Source of the DNA: Candidatus Bathyarchaeia archaeon
GTDB lineage: Archaea > Thermoproteota > Bathyarchaeia > Bathyarchaeales > Bathycorpusculaceae
Reading direction: 5' to 3'
Assembly (NCBI GenBank): GCA_038883775.1
Contig: JAVZLM010000005.1
Location: 1 to 64,000, forward strand
DNA length: 64,000 nucleotides
Shown: one piece after another, positions 1 through 9,239 of the stretch
How the letters are laid out: every line of letters starts with the position of its first letter
How positions within the stretch are numbered: position 1 is the stretch's first letter
The notes under the pieces: model-generated
The model's input: the letters and a program-made list of their open reading frames with translations, nothing else
The model's database searches: none
What the model was told of the DNA's origin: nothing
Program-made: the position numbers and the translations under genes

Positions 1-2
1 AA

Positions 3-983
3 ATCTCACGAGCTTACCTCGCCCAAACCATAAGCAAACACAAACCAACAATGGCAATATTGCTCATAAGCCTATTCCACACGCTTTTAACGCCAACAAT
101 ACCCAACTATTTAGACTTAATATCGCCACTAGCCATAGCAGAATTCCTAATCCACACATTTATCCCAACCCTCGCCGTGAACCTCCTAGCCACATACTTC
201 GCATACTTGGGCGCATTACCCGCAAACCTCGCATACATGGCAATACCAACCTTCTTCACATGGTTCAGCCCCATCCTCCCAAACATCCAATGGCAGACGC
301 AATCCATCTTAACAGTAACAGCAACAACCGTAGGCTTCATAATCCTAGACACAACAGTAAAACCCCTACCAGCAACAGCTAAAGAACGCCGCCAAATCCA
401 ACGCATCCACATAACCAAAAAAGCAAAAAACCAAACAGTATACTGGACGGCTATAGCCCTAATAGGCGTAGTCGCCGTCTGGTCAACCACGGGCTTACTG
501 GGCTTTACACCAACAATAATCGCAAGCGGAAGCATGCAGCCAACACTTAACCCAGGCGACATAGCCATAGTAATCGCAACACCAGCAAAAACCATCAAAA
601 TAGGCGACATAATCCAATACCAAACAGCCCAAACACAAGCGCCAACTATCCACCGCGTCATAGACATATACACTTCAGGCGGAACCCTATGGTTCGTAAC
701 TCAAGGAGATGCTAATAATGCGCCAGACGACCCAATCAGTGAACGCCAAGTAATGGGCAAAGTAATCCTAACAATACCAAAACTAGGCTGGGTTAGCATA
801 TACCTAAAAGAATTCTTCGCAGGCGCCTACACATTCATAACCACAACTTTGCCAAACGCCATAACAGAAGGCACCGCATTAGCCCTAAAAAACGGAGTCT
901 ACATAACAACAGCCCTCGCCCTAACAGCATACTCATACTTACTCCTCACATATAAACAACAAAAAAAGGAGGAAAAAACATGA
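3..983 (+). CDS. Signal peptidase I, SipW/Sec11 (S26B) type, with long N-terminal membrane domain; 5'-truncated by window edge
   Basis: IASGSMQPTLNPGD (catalytic Ser), TIHRV (His), TQGDANNAPD; frame is open from base 3, so the true start lies upstream. Confidence 0.85.
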   Translation: MSRAYLAQTISKHKPTMAILLISLFHTLLTPTIPNYLDLISPLAIAEFLIHTFIPTLAVNLLATYFAYLGALPANLAYMAIPTFFTWFSPILPNIQWQTQSILTVTATTVGFIILDTTVKPLPATAKERRQIQRIHITKKAKNQTVYWTAIALIGVVAVWSTTGLLGFTPTIIASGSMQPTLNPGDIAIVIATPAKTIKIGDIIQYQTAQTQAPTIHRVIDIYTSGGTLWFVTQGDANNAPDDPISERQVMGKVILTIPKLGWVSIYLKEFFAGAYTFITTTLPNAITEGTALALKNGVYITTALALTAYSYLLLTYKQQKKEEKT

Positions 984-1864
984 AAAAACTGCAAATCACG
1001 CTAGCCCTAACAATAATCACATTAACAGCAATAGGCTACAGCTACGCATGCACAAACGGCGGAATAAACATAAACTGCTACTGCAACTGCGACGTCAAAT
1101 TCACAAAAGTAACAACATGGGACAACGAAATAGAAAAAGACGTAGCCACAATAACAGCCAACATAATAGGCTGCGACGGCGACACAATAAAAGCCTACAT
1201 AACAAACGCTTACCCATGCTACGAGGCTTACATAAACTACACAATCAAAAACATAGGCTGCAAACCCGTACACTTCGACAGCCTAACAATAATAAACGAA
1301 AACCCAGAAGCCCTAGAAATCACAACAACAAACCACACATGCACATGGCTATCACCAAGCGAAAAAATAAGCGGAATAACAACAGTCCACATACTCCAAC
1401 CAGCAAAACAAAACTGGCAATACCAATTCCAAATAAAAATAGGCTTAAAATGCCAAGAAGGCTACCCACACACAATAGGCTTCTGGAAAAACCAATTCGA
1501 CAAAGCCCTTTGCAAACCAGGCAAACCACAAATAGACCCAGACACCCTCGAAAACTACCTAAACCAAATAAGCGCAAACTCGCCAATCTACGAGTTCACG
1601 GGCACACGCACACAAAAATTCCAAAACGCCTCAAAAATCCTCAGCCCACCATGGAACTCAAATATGAAAGCAAAACTCCTAGCCCACCTGTTAGCTTTAT
1701 GGCTAAACTACGTGGCTGGATGGACAGAAGGCTACAAATACAAAGGCATGACCGCATGGGAAATAATCCAAGGCTCAGAAAACGCCCTACTAAACAACCA
1801 AACAAACAAGTACGAATACTGGAAGAACATGTGCGACGGCTTCAACAATCTAGGAGGATGGTGA
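980..1864 (+). CDS. Secreted Cys-rich protein with SipW-class signal peptide (TasA/CalY-like)
   Basis: MKK-hydrophobic-GYSYA signal; AYPCYEAYINYTIKNIG beta-sandwich motif; C-terminal TIGFWKN domain; directly behind the peptidase. Confidence 0.65.
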   Translation: MKKLQITLALTIITLTAIGYSYACTNGGININCYCNCDVKFTKVTTWDNEIEKDVATITANIIGCDGDTIKAYITNAYPCYEAYINYTIKNIGCKPVHFDSLTIINENPEALEITTTNHTCTWLSPSEKISGITTVHILQPAKQNWQYQFQIKIGLKCQEGYPHTIGFWKNQFDKALCKPGKPQIDPDTLENYLNQISANSPIYEFTGTRTQKFQNASKILSPPWNSNMKAKLLAHLLALWLNYVAGWTEGYKYKGMTAWEIIQGSENALLNNQTNKYEYWKNMCDGFNNLGGW

Positions 1865-1865
1865 A

Positions 1866-2630
1866 ATGAGAAGATATAGAATTATGCCAATCAACAAAAC
1901 CGTAAGTATAACCTTCCTAACACTACTATTAGCCCTAGCAATAACAGGCTACAGCTATTCGCACTGGATAGAAAAAATCCACATCCAAGGAACAATAACA
2001 ACAGGCACATGGGAAAAGAAAATCGCAAGCGTCTGCATAATGAAAACCCTAAACGGCTCCTTCACAAACGCAACAACAGGCGAAGACATATCAACACCCA
2101 CAAACCTAATCCACGTAGGAACCAACGAAAGCGCTGGATGGCCAACAAAATTCCAACTAATAATCACAGTCAAAAACAACGGCACAGTACCAATAACAGA
2201 CGCCGTATATGACGTCATAGAAAACACCGTCGAACCCATAAATGCCACACCAAGCAAAGGCACAGTAGAATGGTACAAAAATAAAACACAAGGCGGCGAT
2301 AACAACCAATACATCCAAAACTTCCTAAACTGGACTATTGGAACATTAGACCCAGGCGAAGTGGCAACACTTGAAATATGGATACAAACACTACCAAACC
2401 CCTCAGGAAAATATGAACCTACAAGCGAAAACCAGCCACTTGAAATTAACCGTGGCGCCAAAATAAAAGCCACATCAGAACTTGGACCACTTGAAGCAAC
2501 AACAGAAGGCATAACGCTATACATAGTTGACGAAGACATACCAGACGAACCCAACATAGCAGTAATAACACCCACACTGCCATATTCAACGCCATGGGCA
2601 TGCGATTCAATAACAGAATACGCTCCATAA
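1866..2630 (+). CDS. Secreted protein with SipW-cognate signal peptide (TasA-like)
   Basis: ITGYSYSHWIEKIHIQGTITTGTW fits the G-x-x-x-x-W...I-x-G-x-x-x-TG SipW-substrate pattern; Ig-like ITVKNNGTVPI and WTIGTLDPGE. Confidence 0.7.
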   Translation: MRRYRIMPINKTVSITFLTLLLALAITGYSYSHWIEKIHIQGTITTGTWEKKIASVCIMKTLNGSFTNATTGEDISTPTNLIHVGTNESAGWPTKFQLIITVKNNGTVPITDAVYDVIENTVEPINATPSKGTVEWYKNKTQGGDNNQYIQNFLNWTIGTLDPGEVATLEIWIQTLPNPSGKYEPTSENQPLEINRGAKIKATSELGPLEATTEGITLYIVDEDIPDEPNIAVITPTLPYSTPWACDSITEYAP

Positions 2631-2749
2631 ACGCAGTTTTCCCCTCAATTTTCCTCCAAAAATCAAATACAGATATTACCACTTTTGTAGTAAAACCTTT
2701 TAAAAAGAAACTCCACTCAATACCATAAAACATAGGTCGCAATACAGAC

Positions 2750-3760
2750 ATGAAAAAGCCACCAAAAACAATAGTCCTCATCACCCTCTTCACAATCCTA
2801 ACTCTGATCGCACTACTAACCCTTTACATAGCGCATCAAACCCCAACAGAAGAAACCACAACCCAAACCCTCTGCACATACAGAAGCACCGCAGATTATG
2901 ACTACACCGCAATACTAGACCCAAACAACATAATCTACAACGGCAAAACCACACTAAAACCAGGCGAAGGCACAATCTACACAAAAATAACCCGCCAAAT
3001 CAACCTAACCCTAACATACACATTCCACACAACCATACCATCAGAAGCCACAATCACATACACAACAACCCAAACCCTAAAAACACCAGTCATCCAATAC
3101 CAAATAAGCCAAACATCTCCCCAAACAACAAACCAAAAACAAATCCAAATAGAACTACCCAAAATAAACAAGACAGAAACAGACCCCATAATAGCCAGAA
3201 TCGCCTCAGAAATGGGAATAACCACAACCGCATATTATACGATAGAAATAACAACCACATTCACCATAAACGCCAACACCACCATCAGCCAAATCCAACA
3301 AACATTCACGCCAACTCTTACAATAACATTCCAACGCACGGACCAAGGCGAAATAACAACAATAAGCGACCTACACCAAACAAAAACAGGCACAATAACC
3401 CAAGACCAAACAGTAACCCGCCAAGACGTAATAAACCAACGCTACGCCTCATACAGCCTAACCACCATAGCCATCGCAGGACTAGCCTTCTCCACATACT
3501 TCCACACCAAAACAAAACCAAAAACAAAAGAAACCCCCCTCGAAAAAATCTTAGCCCCATACAAAGACCTAATAATAGAAGCCACAGAACCACCAAAAAC
3601 CCCACAAGAAACCATAACAATAAACATAACAACAATAAAAGAACTAGCAAAAACAGCAGAAATACTAGCAAAACCCATAATCCTAACAAGAAAACCCCAG
3701 CCAACACTAACAATAATAGACCAAAACACCACATACCAACACATAATAGAAACCAAATAA
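2750..3760 (+). CDS. DUF5305-like membrane-anchored protein
   Basis: N- and C-terminal TM helices, DYDYTA, PYKDLIIE, IKELAKTAEILAKPI; family typically sits beside archaeal SipW. Confidence 0.65.
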   Translation: MKKPPKTIVLITLFTILTLIALLTLYIAHQTPTEETTTQTLCTYRSTADYDYTAILDPNNIIYNGKTTLKPGEGTIYTKITRQINLTLTYTFHTTIPSEATITYTTTQTLKTPVIQYQISQTSPQTTNQKQIQIELPKINKTETDPIIARIASEMGITTTAYYTIEITTTFTINANTTISQIQQTFTPTLTITFQRTDQGEITTISDLHQTKTGTITQDQTVTRQDVINQRYASYSLTTIAIAGLAFSTYFHTKTKPKTKETPLEKILAPYKDLIIEATEPPKTPQETITINITTIKELAKTAEILAKPIILTRKPQPTLTIIDQNTTYQHIIETK

Positions 3761-3838
3761 ATGCTTTTCACTTTTTGCATACACGCATAGGCAACACTTT
3801 TACCTTCTAAAACAAAAATACAATAAAGGCGAAAATAA

Positions 3839-5740
3839 TTGTCAACCATAAGCAACACCCTAAAAAGAACAAGCGACATCCTAAAAAACGGAGCCACAAG
3901 GCAAATCCTAGAATACGAAAAAAGCTTCTCAACCATCAAAAACCTCTACGACACCCTACTCTCAAACCTAATAAAAACAAACTTTAACCAAAAACAAGCT
4001 TACCAAACAGCCAAAAACTTCTTCCAAACAACAAGCCTACGCTTCGCAGGAATAGACGGAACCATGTACTCAAAACCCCTCTTCGATCTAGTCATATTCT
4101 TTGGAGGCGCCTACGCCGCAACTGGCACTATAACTCTCCAAGAAAACGACAAACCAAAAATAAACTATGACGAAAAAACCCTCCAACAAACTGCTGGCAT
4201 ATCAAGCGTAGTCCCCATATACGTCAACGAAATCCCAGACATAGACCAAACCTTTTTCGCCACAGAACAACCAGAAGAAATAAGCCTAAACAAGCTATTG
4301 ATGGATGAAACAATAATAAACAACGCCACCATCGCCAACTGGATAATGACCTTCGCAGAATACTACCTAGCCTATAAACTTGCCACAGACCAAAACCAAA
4401 AAACCCACATAATCCTCCTCGACAGAAGCCTCTCCATAGAAAGAGCAAGTCTCCTCTATGACACGTCAAAGCGGGAATTATGGGAAAAGAAAAGCAGCAT
4501 ACTAGGCTACAAAATAGACAACGAACCCATAGACATAAACGACCTAACCATAGCAAGACAACACGTCTATAATCCAGCCTTAGGTTTGCCACCGCCAAGG
4601 GCAGACTACCTACGCTATGCAATAATCCAACTGGCAAAACAGAAAGGAGGCTTAACAGAAGCCCAAATCCTAAAAGAGTTTGGCATAACAGACGAGAAAA
4701 GAGCAAAAAGAGTCAAAAGATACGTTAAGCATTTGGTGAAAAGGGATATTTTAAGAGAGAAAAATGAAGTTTATACGCTGAATTCAAAATATGCCACAAC
4801 ATGGGAGCGTATAAAAAAACTTGTAACAAGCCTCGGCGACCGCTTCTTTTTTACAAAAACCTCGGAAACAACAAGTCTAATGAAGATTTTGAAGGATGGG
4901 AAAGAGCATTGGCTGACAACCCTTGACATAGCTTTCTTAACACTTTTCACGTTGCAAATGCTAATGGAGGAATGCTGGAAAAGGCATGTTTTACTTATAG
5001 GCATTACGAAAGACACGGCGGCAAGGGATTTCAAAAGGCAACTCATCCCAATAATGAATAATGAAGGCTTGTTGAAGGCAAATGTTACGCCGGAAGATTT
5101 TGAAAAACTGCCAAACACAGACCGAATGATACTCCAATCCACAAGCATATTCAACCCAGAAAAGATTAAGCCGCCGTGGAGCATCATCGAATATGATTCA
5201 GCTTACAGAACAATGATTTCGGATAGGCAAGGAAGAAAGGGATACGTTTCAGGCGCTATAAAGAATAAGATTGGCTTAGAGAAGACTTTCTTGAAAACTT
5301 ATGTGCAGTTGAGCCAAGCAAAAACAGATCCACTTTTGCGCAGCAACGTTCTCTTAGTTGACCGTTTAGTTTATCCAGAATATGATTATAAGCCAGAAAA
5401 TGTTGTGGAGTTTTGGAATGAGCTTAGCGATGGAACAAGAGAAACAGTTGAAACCATCTTATTTGTGGATAATGATGTTCCAAATGATATTCAGAATTTG
5501 GTTATGGTCGTTTTGGAGGCTATGGCGCCGTCCAGCATTCCAGAAGCCTTCGGCCACAACAAGCCTTTGTTTATTGCGGATAAGGTTGCTAAATGGAATT
5601 ATAACCAGTTCAAACGTATTGTGGATACAACGGCGGATTGGATACTCAATAACCATAAATTGAGAAAATTCATATTTTACATGAGCACCTTTAGGGAGAG
5701 GAGGGCAACAATTGAAGCGGCAAGAAGAGAACAACTTTAA
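3839..5740 (+). CDS. NurA-family nuclease with inserted winged-helix domain
   Basis: FAGIDGT, LLDRSL, GITKD, EAFGHNKPLFIADKVA motifs; overlaps the downstream HerA-like gene. Confidence 0.75.
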   Translation: MSTISNTLKRTSDILKNGATRQILEYEKSFSTIKNLYDTLLSNLIKTNFNQKQAYQTAKNFFQTTSLRFAGIDGTMYSKPLFDLVIFFGGAYAATGTITLQENDKPKINYDEKTLQQTAGISSVVPIYVNEIPDIDQTFFATEQPEEISLNKLLMDETIINNATIANWIMTFAEYYLAYKLATDQNQKTHIILLDRSLSIERASLLYDTSKRELWEKKSSILGYKIDNEPIDINDLTIARQHVYNPALGLPPPRADYLRYAIIQLAKQKGGLTEAQILKEFGITDEKRAKRVKRYVKHLVKRDILREKNEVYTLNSKYATTWERIKKLVTSLGDRFFFTKTSETTSLMKILKDGKEHWLTTLDIAFLTLFTLQMLMEECWKRHVLLIGITKDTAARDFKRQLIPIMNNEGLLKANVTPEDFEKLPNTDRMILQSTSIFNPEKIKPPWSIIEYDSAYRTMISDRQGRKGYVSGAIKNKIGLEKTFLKTYVQLSQAKTDPLLRSNVLLVDRLVYPEYDYKPENVVEFWNELSDGTRETVETILFVDNDVPNDIQNLVMVVLEAMAPSSIPEAFGHNKPLFIADKVAKWNYNQFKRIVDTTADWILNNHKLRKFIFYMSTFRERRATIEAARREQL

Positions 5741-7589
5741 CAGCTTCTGCTTCACAGATTTCGATGGCAGATTTCGCGCTAGATTAGCGGCGGTTATACC
5801 AAGGTTTTTTGCTGCAGCTGAGGAAACCAAGCTTGCTGGAACAAGCGCCCGCTATCAGTGCCGCATTAAGGTTGAGTATCAAAAGGATTTGATGGGGCTT
5901 TTGGAAGAGGGCATGCTTTTGGCTGTTAAAAATTTCAAGCAATGTGGAGAAGGCGAGGAGCGTTTTACGCTTATGGAGATTAGCCGTGTTTGGCCTGAAC
6001 ATTTTGGTTTGCGGGGCTTATCAGATCATGGTTATTATCCTATGCAATTTGAGATTATTGAGCAGTCTGAGGAGGATTGGCAGACAGACGATAGGTCTAC
6101 GATGATGGTTCAGATAGATGCCATACCAATAAATTATGATTTGATTGTTAATAGAAAATGTGAGTTTGAGTTTGTTAAGGGTTTCTCCTACCCAGTTGTG
6201 GGCAGCCCCGCCTATCTTTTAAACGGTGAAATGATAAATCGCATGTACAACCAGAAAATAGCTGAAAAGTTGGGAATAGACCCATCCAAAACCATCAGCG
6301 ACGCCCGTGCGGATCCACGGCTTGGTTTAATAAAAATGTTTCAAGCAAGCGAAACCATAATTCCAATTTATGTCGATTTTGAGAAGCTTGTGCGCTACCA
6401 TTTCGGCGTTTTCGCTTTTACTGGCGGTGGAAAAAGCAATTTGATGTCAAACATTTTGAGACGATTATTGTATCATACTGAGCAAACGAAGGTTGTGGTT
6501 TTTGACATAAGCTGTGAGTATGTTTTTCTTTTGCTTGATATCCTAACGGATCCGGCGATTTCTGCGAAGGTTATTATGGAAAATAGGATAGACTCCTTAG
6601 AGCAATTCTTCAACTCTGTTGTCAAACCGAGGGAATACGAAACTGACGAGCGGATCAAGAAGGGATTAAAATGTATAATGGACCAAGGCAGACTTTTCTA
6701 TTATAAAAGACCACGGGGGAAGGTTCCAACCTACAGCGAGTTTATGGAAGAGCTAAGCGACCAAAGGAAGGGTTCTGCTGACAAGCCAAATTATATGAAT
6801 GCTATTGATGAGATTCGCGATGCCATATTAGAGTATATTGAAGAGCATGGGCTTATGGAAAATCAGGAAGTCAGCGAAGACTTTGTTAAATACATAGATG
6901 AAATAGCGAGAGCGAAGGTAGAGGAGTTTAGGGTTCATGAAAAAAGCCAACTTTATGCTTGGGCAACCACCCGAAGCATGCTTTTAGATAGGATAAAAAG
7001 GCGGAATGAGAGGGAAGAGAAGGAGACGGGCGGATTAGCCATAGAAAAAATTCGAGAATTGTTGGAAGATAAAACGACGAGGCTTATTTGCATTTCAATT
7101 TCAGACCCCTTCACGATAAAGGATTTAGTGATAACACTTACGCAAGATTTGCTTGTTAGGAGAAAACGCAAATTCCAAGTTAAACCATACATCCTCCTCG
7201 TTTTCGATGAAGCTCAAGAGTTTATACCAAGTGGTGGCTCTGGCATTGATGCTAAATGTTCTGGGCATGTGGAAACATTGCTTAGGCAAGGACGCAAATA
7301 CGGCTTAGGCGTTTGCATAGCCACGCAGCGCATAGCCTACTTAAACACAAATGCCCTACAACAGCTTCACACCTATTTTGTTGGCACTTTGCCAAGACCC
7401 TACGACCGCCAACTTGTCAGCGAAACTTTCATGATAGATAAGGGCATATTGGAGAAAACTTTGGAGTTTGCGCCAGGCGAATGGCTATTGTCAAGTTATA
7501 TAGCGACTGGAATGGAGAACGTGCCAATATTCATAAAGGCAGACAACGCAGAAAACGAAATAGAAAAATACCTCTCTGCAGTTGACTGA
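5712..7589 (+). CDS. HerA/FtsK-family ATPase (DUF87) with N-terminal HAS-like barrel
   Basis: Walker A AFTGGGKS, Walker B LVFDEAQ, RQGRKYG, ATQR. Confidence 0.85.
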   Translation: MKRQEENNFNSFCFTDFDGRFRARLAAVIPRFFAAAEETKLAGTSARYQCRIKVEYQKDLMGLLEEGMLLAVKNFKQCGEGEERFTLMEISRVWPEHFGLRGLSDHGYYPMQFEIIEQSEEDWQTDDRSTMMVQIDAIPINYDLIVNRKCEFEFVKGFSYPVVGSPAYLLNGEMINRMYNQKIAEKLGIDPSKTISDARADPRLGLIKMFQASETIIPIYVDFEKLVRYHFGVFAFTGGGKSNLMSNILRRLLYHTEQTKVVVFDISCEYVFLLLDILTDPAISAKVIMENRIDSLEQFFNSVVKPREYETDERIKKGLKCIMDQGRLFYYKRPRGKVPTYSEFMEELSDQRKGSADKPNYMNAIDEIRDAILEYIEEHGLMENQEVSEDFVKYIDEIARAKVEEFRVHEKSQLYAWATTRSMLLDRIKRRNEREEKETGGLAIEKIRELLEDKTTRLICISISDPFTIKDLVITLTQDLLVRRKRKFQVKPYILLVFDEAQEFIPSGGSGIDAKCSGHVETLLRQGRKYGLGVCIATQRIAYLNTNALQQLHTYFVGTLPRPYDRQLVSETFMIDKGILEKTLEFAPGEWLLSSYIATGMENVPIFIKADNAENEIEKYLSAVD

Positions 7590-7637
7590 AAAGTTGAATA
7601 TTCTTGCAACTTTCAAATAACCAGAGCCTTCTTTAAA

Positions 7638-8144
7638 TCATAAGTTTACATTGGACAAAATTGTCCAGAACTTAGTGTTAGCTTTGACACGAAGCAAAGT
7701 TCTGTTAAACCCGCTGAGTGTTGGAGATAATTGAATTCTTTCATCATAATCTTGGGCTCTATCCCATTCTACGCTTCTCACGTGATCAAAGAAAATGTCT
7801 CTTAATTCCTTGCGATACTCATATCGTGATTGATTGACTTTGCCGATACCGAGAAGTGAATCCCAACCATTTACTACTACAACCAAATCATTTATCCTCA
7901 TTTCATTACAAAAAATCTCAAATTGATGAAACCAGTTTGGTCGTCGCGAACGTAGTCTTTGCTTTTCGGAATTAGACATTTGATTCCAATCCTTAGGGAC
8001 TTCTTCGGGCAAATCAAGTCCTATAAGACTGTGATTTTTGGCATAATTCCAACGCATTCTTCGATCTTCTTCTGTCAAAGTTCCATAAGACAAGTGCATT
8101 AAGTAGAAGAAGTTTCTTCCTTCAAAATAATGCCCTACTTTCAT
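7638..8144 (-). CDS. Hypothetical protein resembling the EVE/PUA-like N-terminal domain of McrB/Mrr proteins
   Basis: FCNEMRINDLVVV...GIGKV...YEY...HVRSVEW pattern. Confidence 0.5.
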   Translation of the reverse strand: MKVGHYFEGRNFFYLMHLSYGTLTEEDRRMRWNYAKNHSLIGLDLPEEVPKDWNQMSNSEKQRLRSRRPNWFHQFEIFCNEMRINDLVVVVNGWDSLLGIGKVNQSRYEYRKELRDIFFDHVRSVEWDRAQDYDERIQLSPTLSGFNRTLLRVKANTKFWTILSNVNL

Positions 8145-8217
8145 TTACCACCCATCTTAACGCTAATTTCTCTTACTTGTGATGTAAATTTAAAATTTCT
8201 GGTAAAATTGTGTGAAA

Positions 8218-9234
8218 TTATTTCAATATACTTTGCATAAACTTAGACTGCTTTAGCTGATTGCTTATTCCGCATTTTTTGAGCAGTTTGTTCCATCTTT
8301 CATCTGTTATTCTTTGTATTTCGTTGAGCATTTTCTCGAATTGCGGAGTAAACAAATGCCTAAACCGTCCTTGCACTTCCAAATACTCCTTTACAGGCTT
8401 TTTCTTTTGTGGACTTAATGCCATAACTTTGCTTGGTGCCGAAAGCTGATATTCGCCGTTTACTGCTTCCCATAATGGAAATATGCACGTTTCCACTGCC
8501 AAGCGTGAAAGTTCTATGGTTTTTGCTGGGTCGCTTCGCCATCCGCGTGGGCATGGCGCAAAAACATGCAGAAAAGCTGGTCCATTTACTTCCAAGCCTC
8601 TTCTCACTTTTGTTATTAGGTCCCGCCAATAATATGGCGATGCAGTAGCCACATAAGGCATTTCATGAGCCACCATAATGTCGGCTATGGGCTTTTTTGG
8701 CTCCAACTTTCCGGGTATTACGGTGCCCGCTGGCGATGTTGTCGTTGAAGCACCTAATGGGGTTCCGCCGCTTCTTTGGATGCCAGTATTCATGTACGCC
8801 TCGTTGTCATAAAGCACAAATAAGAAGTCATGTCCCCTTTCAACCGCTCCACTAAGGGCTTGGATGCCAATGTCGTATGTGCCACCGTCTCCGGCCAAAG
8901 CAATAACGTCTATATGCTCATGCTTTATTCTTCCTTTCTTCTTTAGAACTTTTAGTGCTGCCTCAATTCCAGAAGCGTTTGCAGCTGCATTTTCAAAGGC
9001 TGTGTGAAGCCACGGTAAAGCCCAAGAAGTGTATGGGTATATGGATGAGACCACTTCCATGCATCCGGTGGCATTAGTCACTATTGTTGGTCCCCTAACG
9101 GCTTTCATTGTAAGCCTTAAAACCGTTGCTGGTCCACAGCCTGCACATGCTCTATGTCCAGACAAGAAGAGGTCTGGTTTTTCAGCTATGTCCTTTGCGG
9201 TGAATTTCAATTCAGAAAACATTTTTTCACTCAT
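8218..9234 (-). CDS. porB: Pyruvate/2-oxoacid:ferredoxin oxidoreductase beta subunit
   Basis: GHRACAGCG, GDGG TPP motif, DNEAYMNTG, PCPRGW. Confidence 0.95.
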   Translation of the reverse strand: MSEKMFSELKFTAKDIAEKPDLFLSGHRACAGCGPATVLRLTMKAVRGPTIVTNATGCMEVVSSIYPYTSWALPWLHTAFENAAANASGIEAALKVLKKKGRIKHEHIDVIALAGDGGTYDIGIQALSGAVERGHDFLFVLYDNEAYMNTGIQRSGGTPLGASTTTSPAGTVIPGKLEPKKPIADIMVAHEMPYVATASPYYWRDLITKVRRGLEVNGPAFLHVFAPCPRGWRSDPAKTIELSRLAVETCIFPLWEAVNGEYQLSAPSKVMALSPQKKKPVKEYLEVQGRFRHLFTPQFEKMLNEIQRITDERWNKLLKKCGISNQLKQSKFMQSILK

Positions 9235-9239
9235 CCTTT

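Noticed and set aside
107-3939. Numerous long antisense and alternate-frame ORFs (e.g. 1048-1869, 1955-2575, 3318-3734)
   Set aside because: By-products of the A/C skew suppressing stop codons; low-complexity translations overlapping real genes
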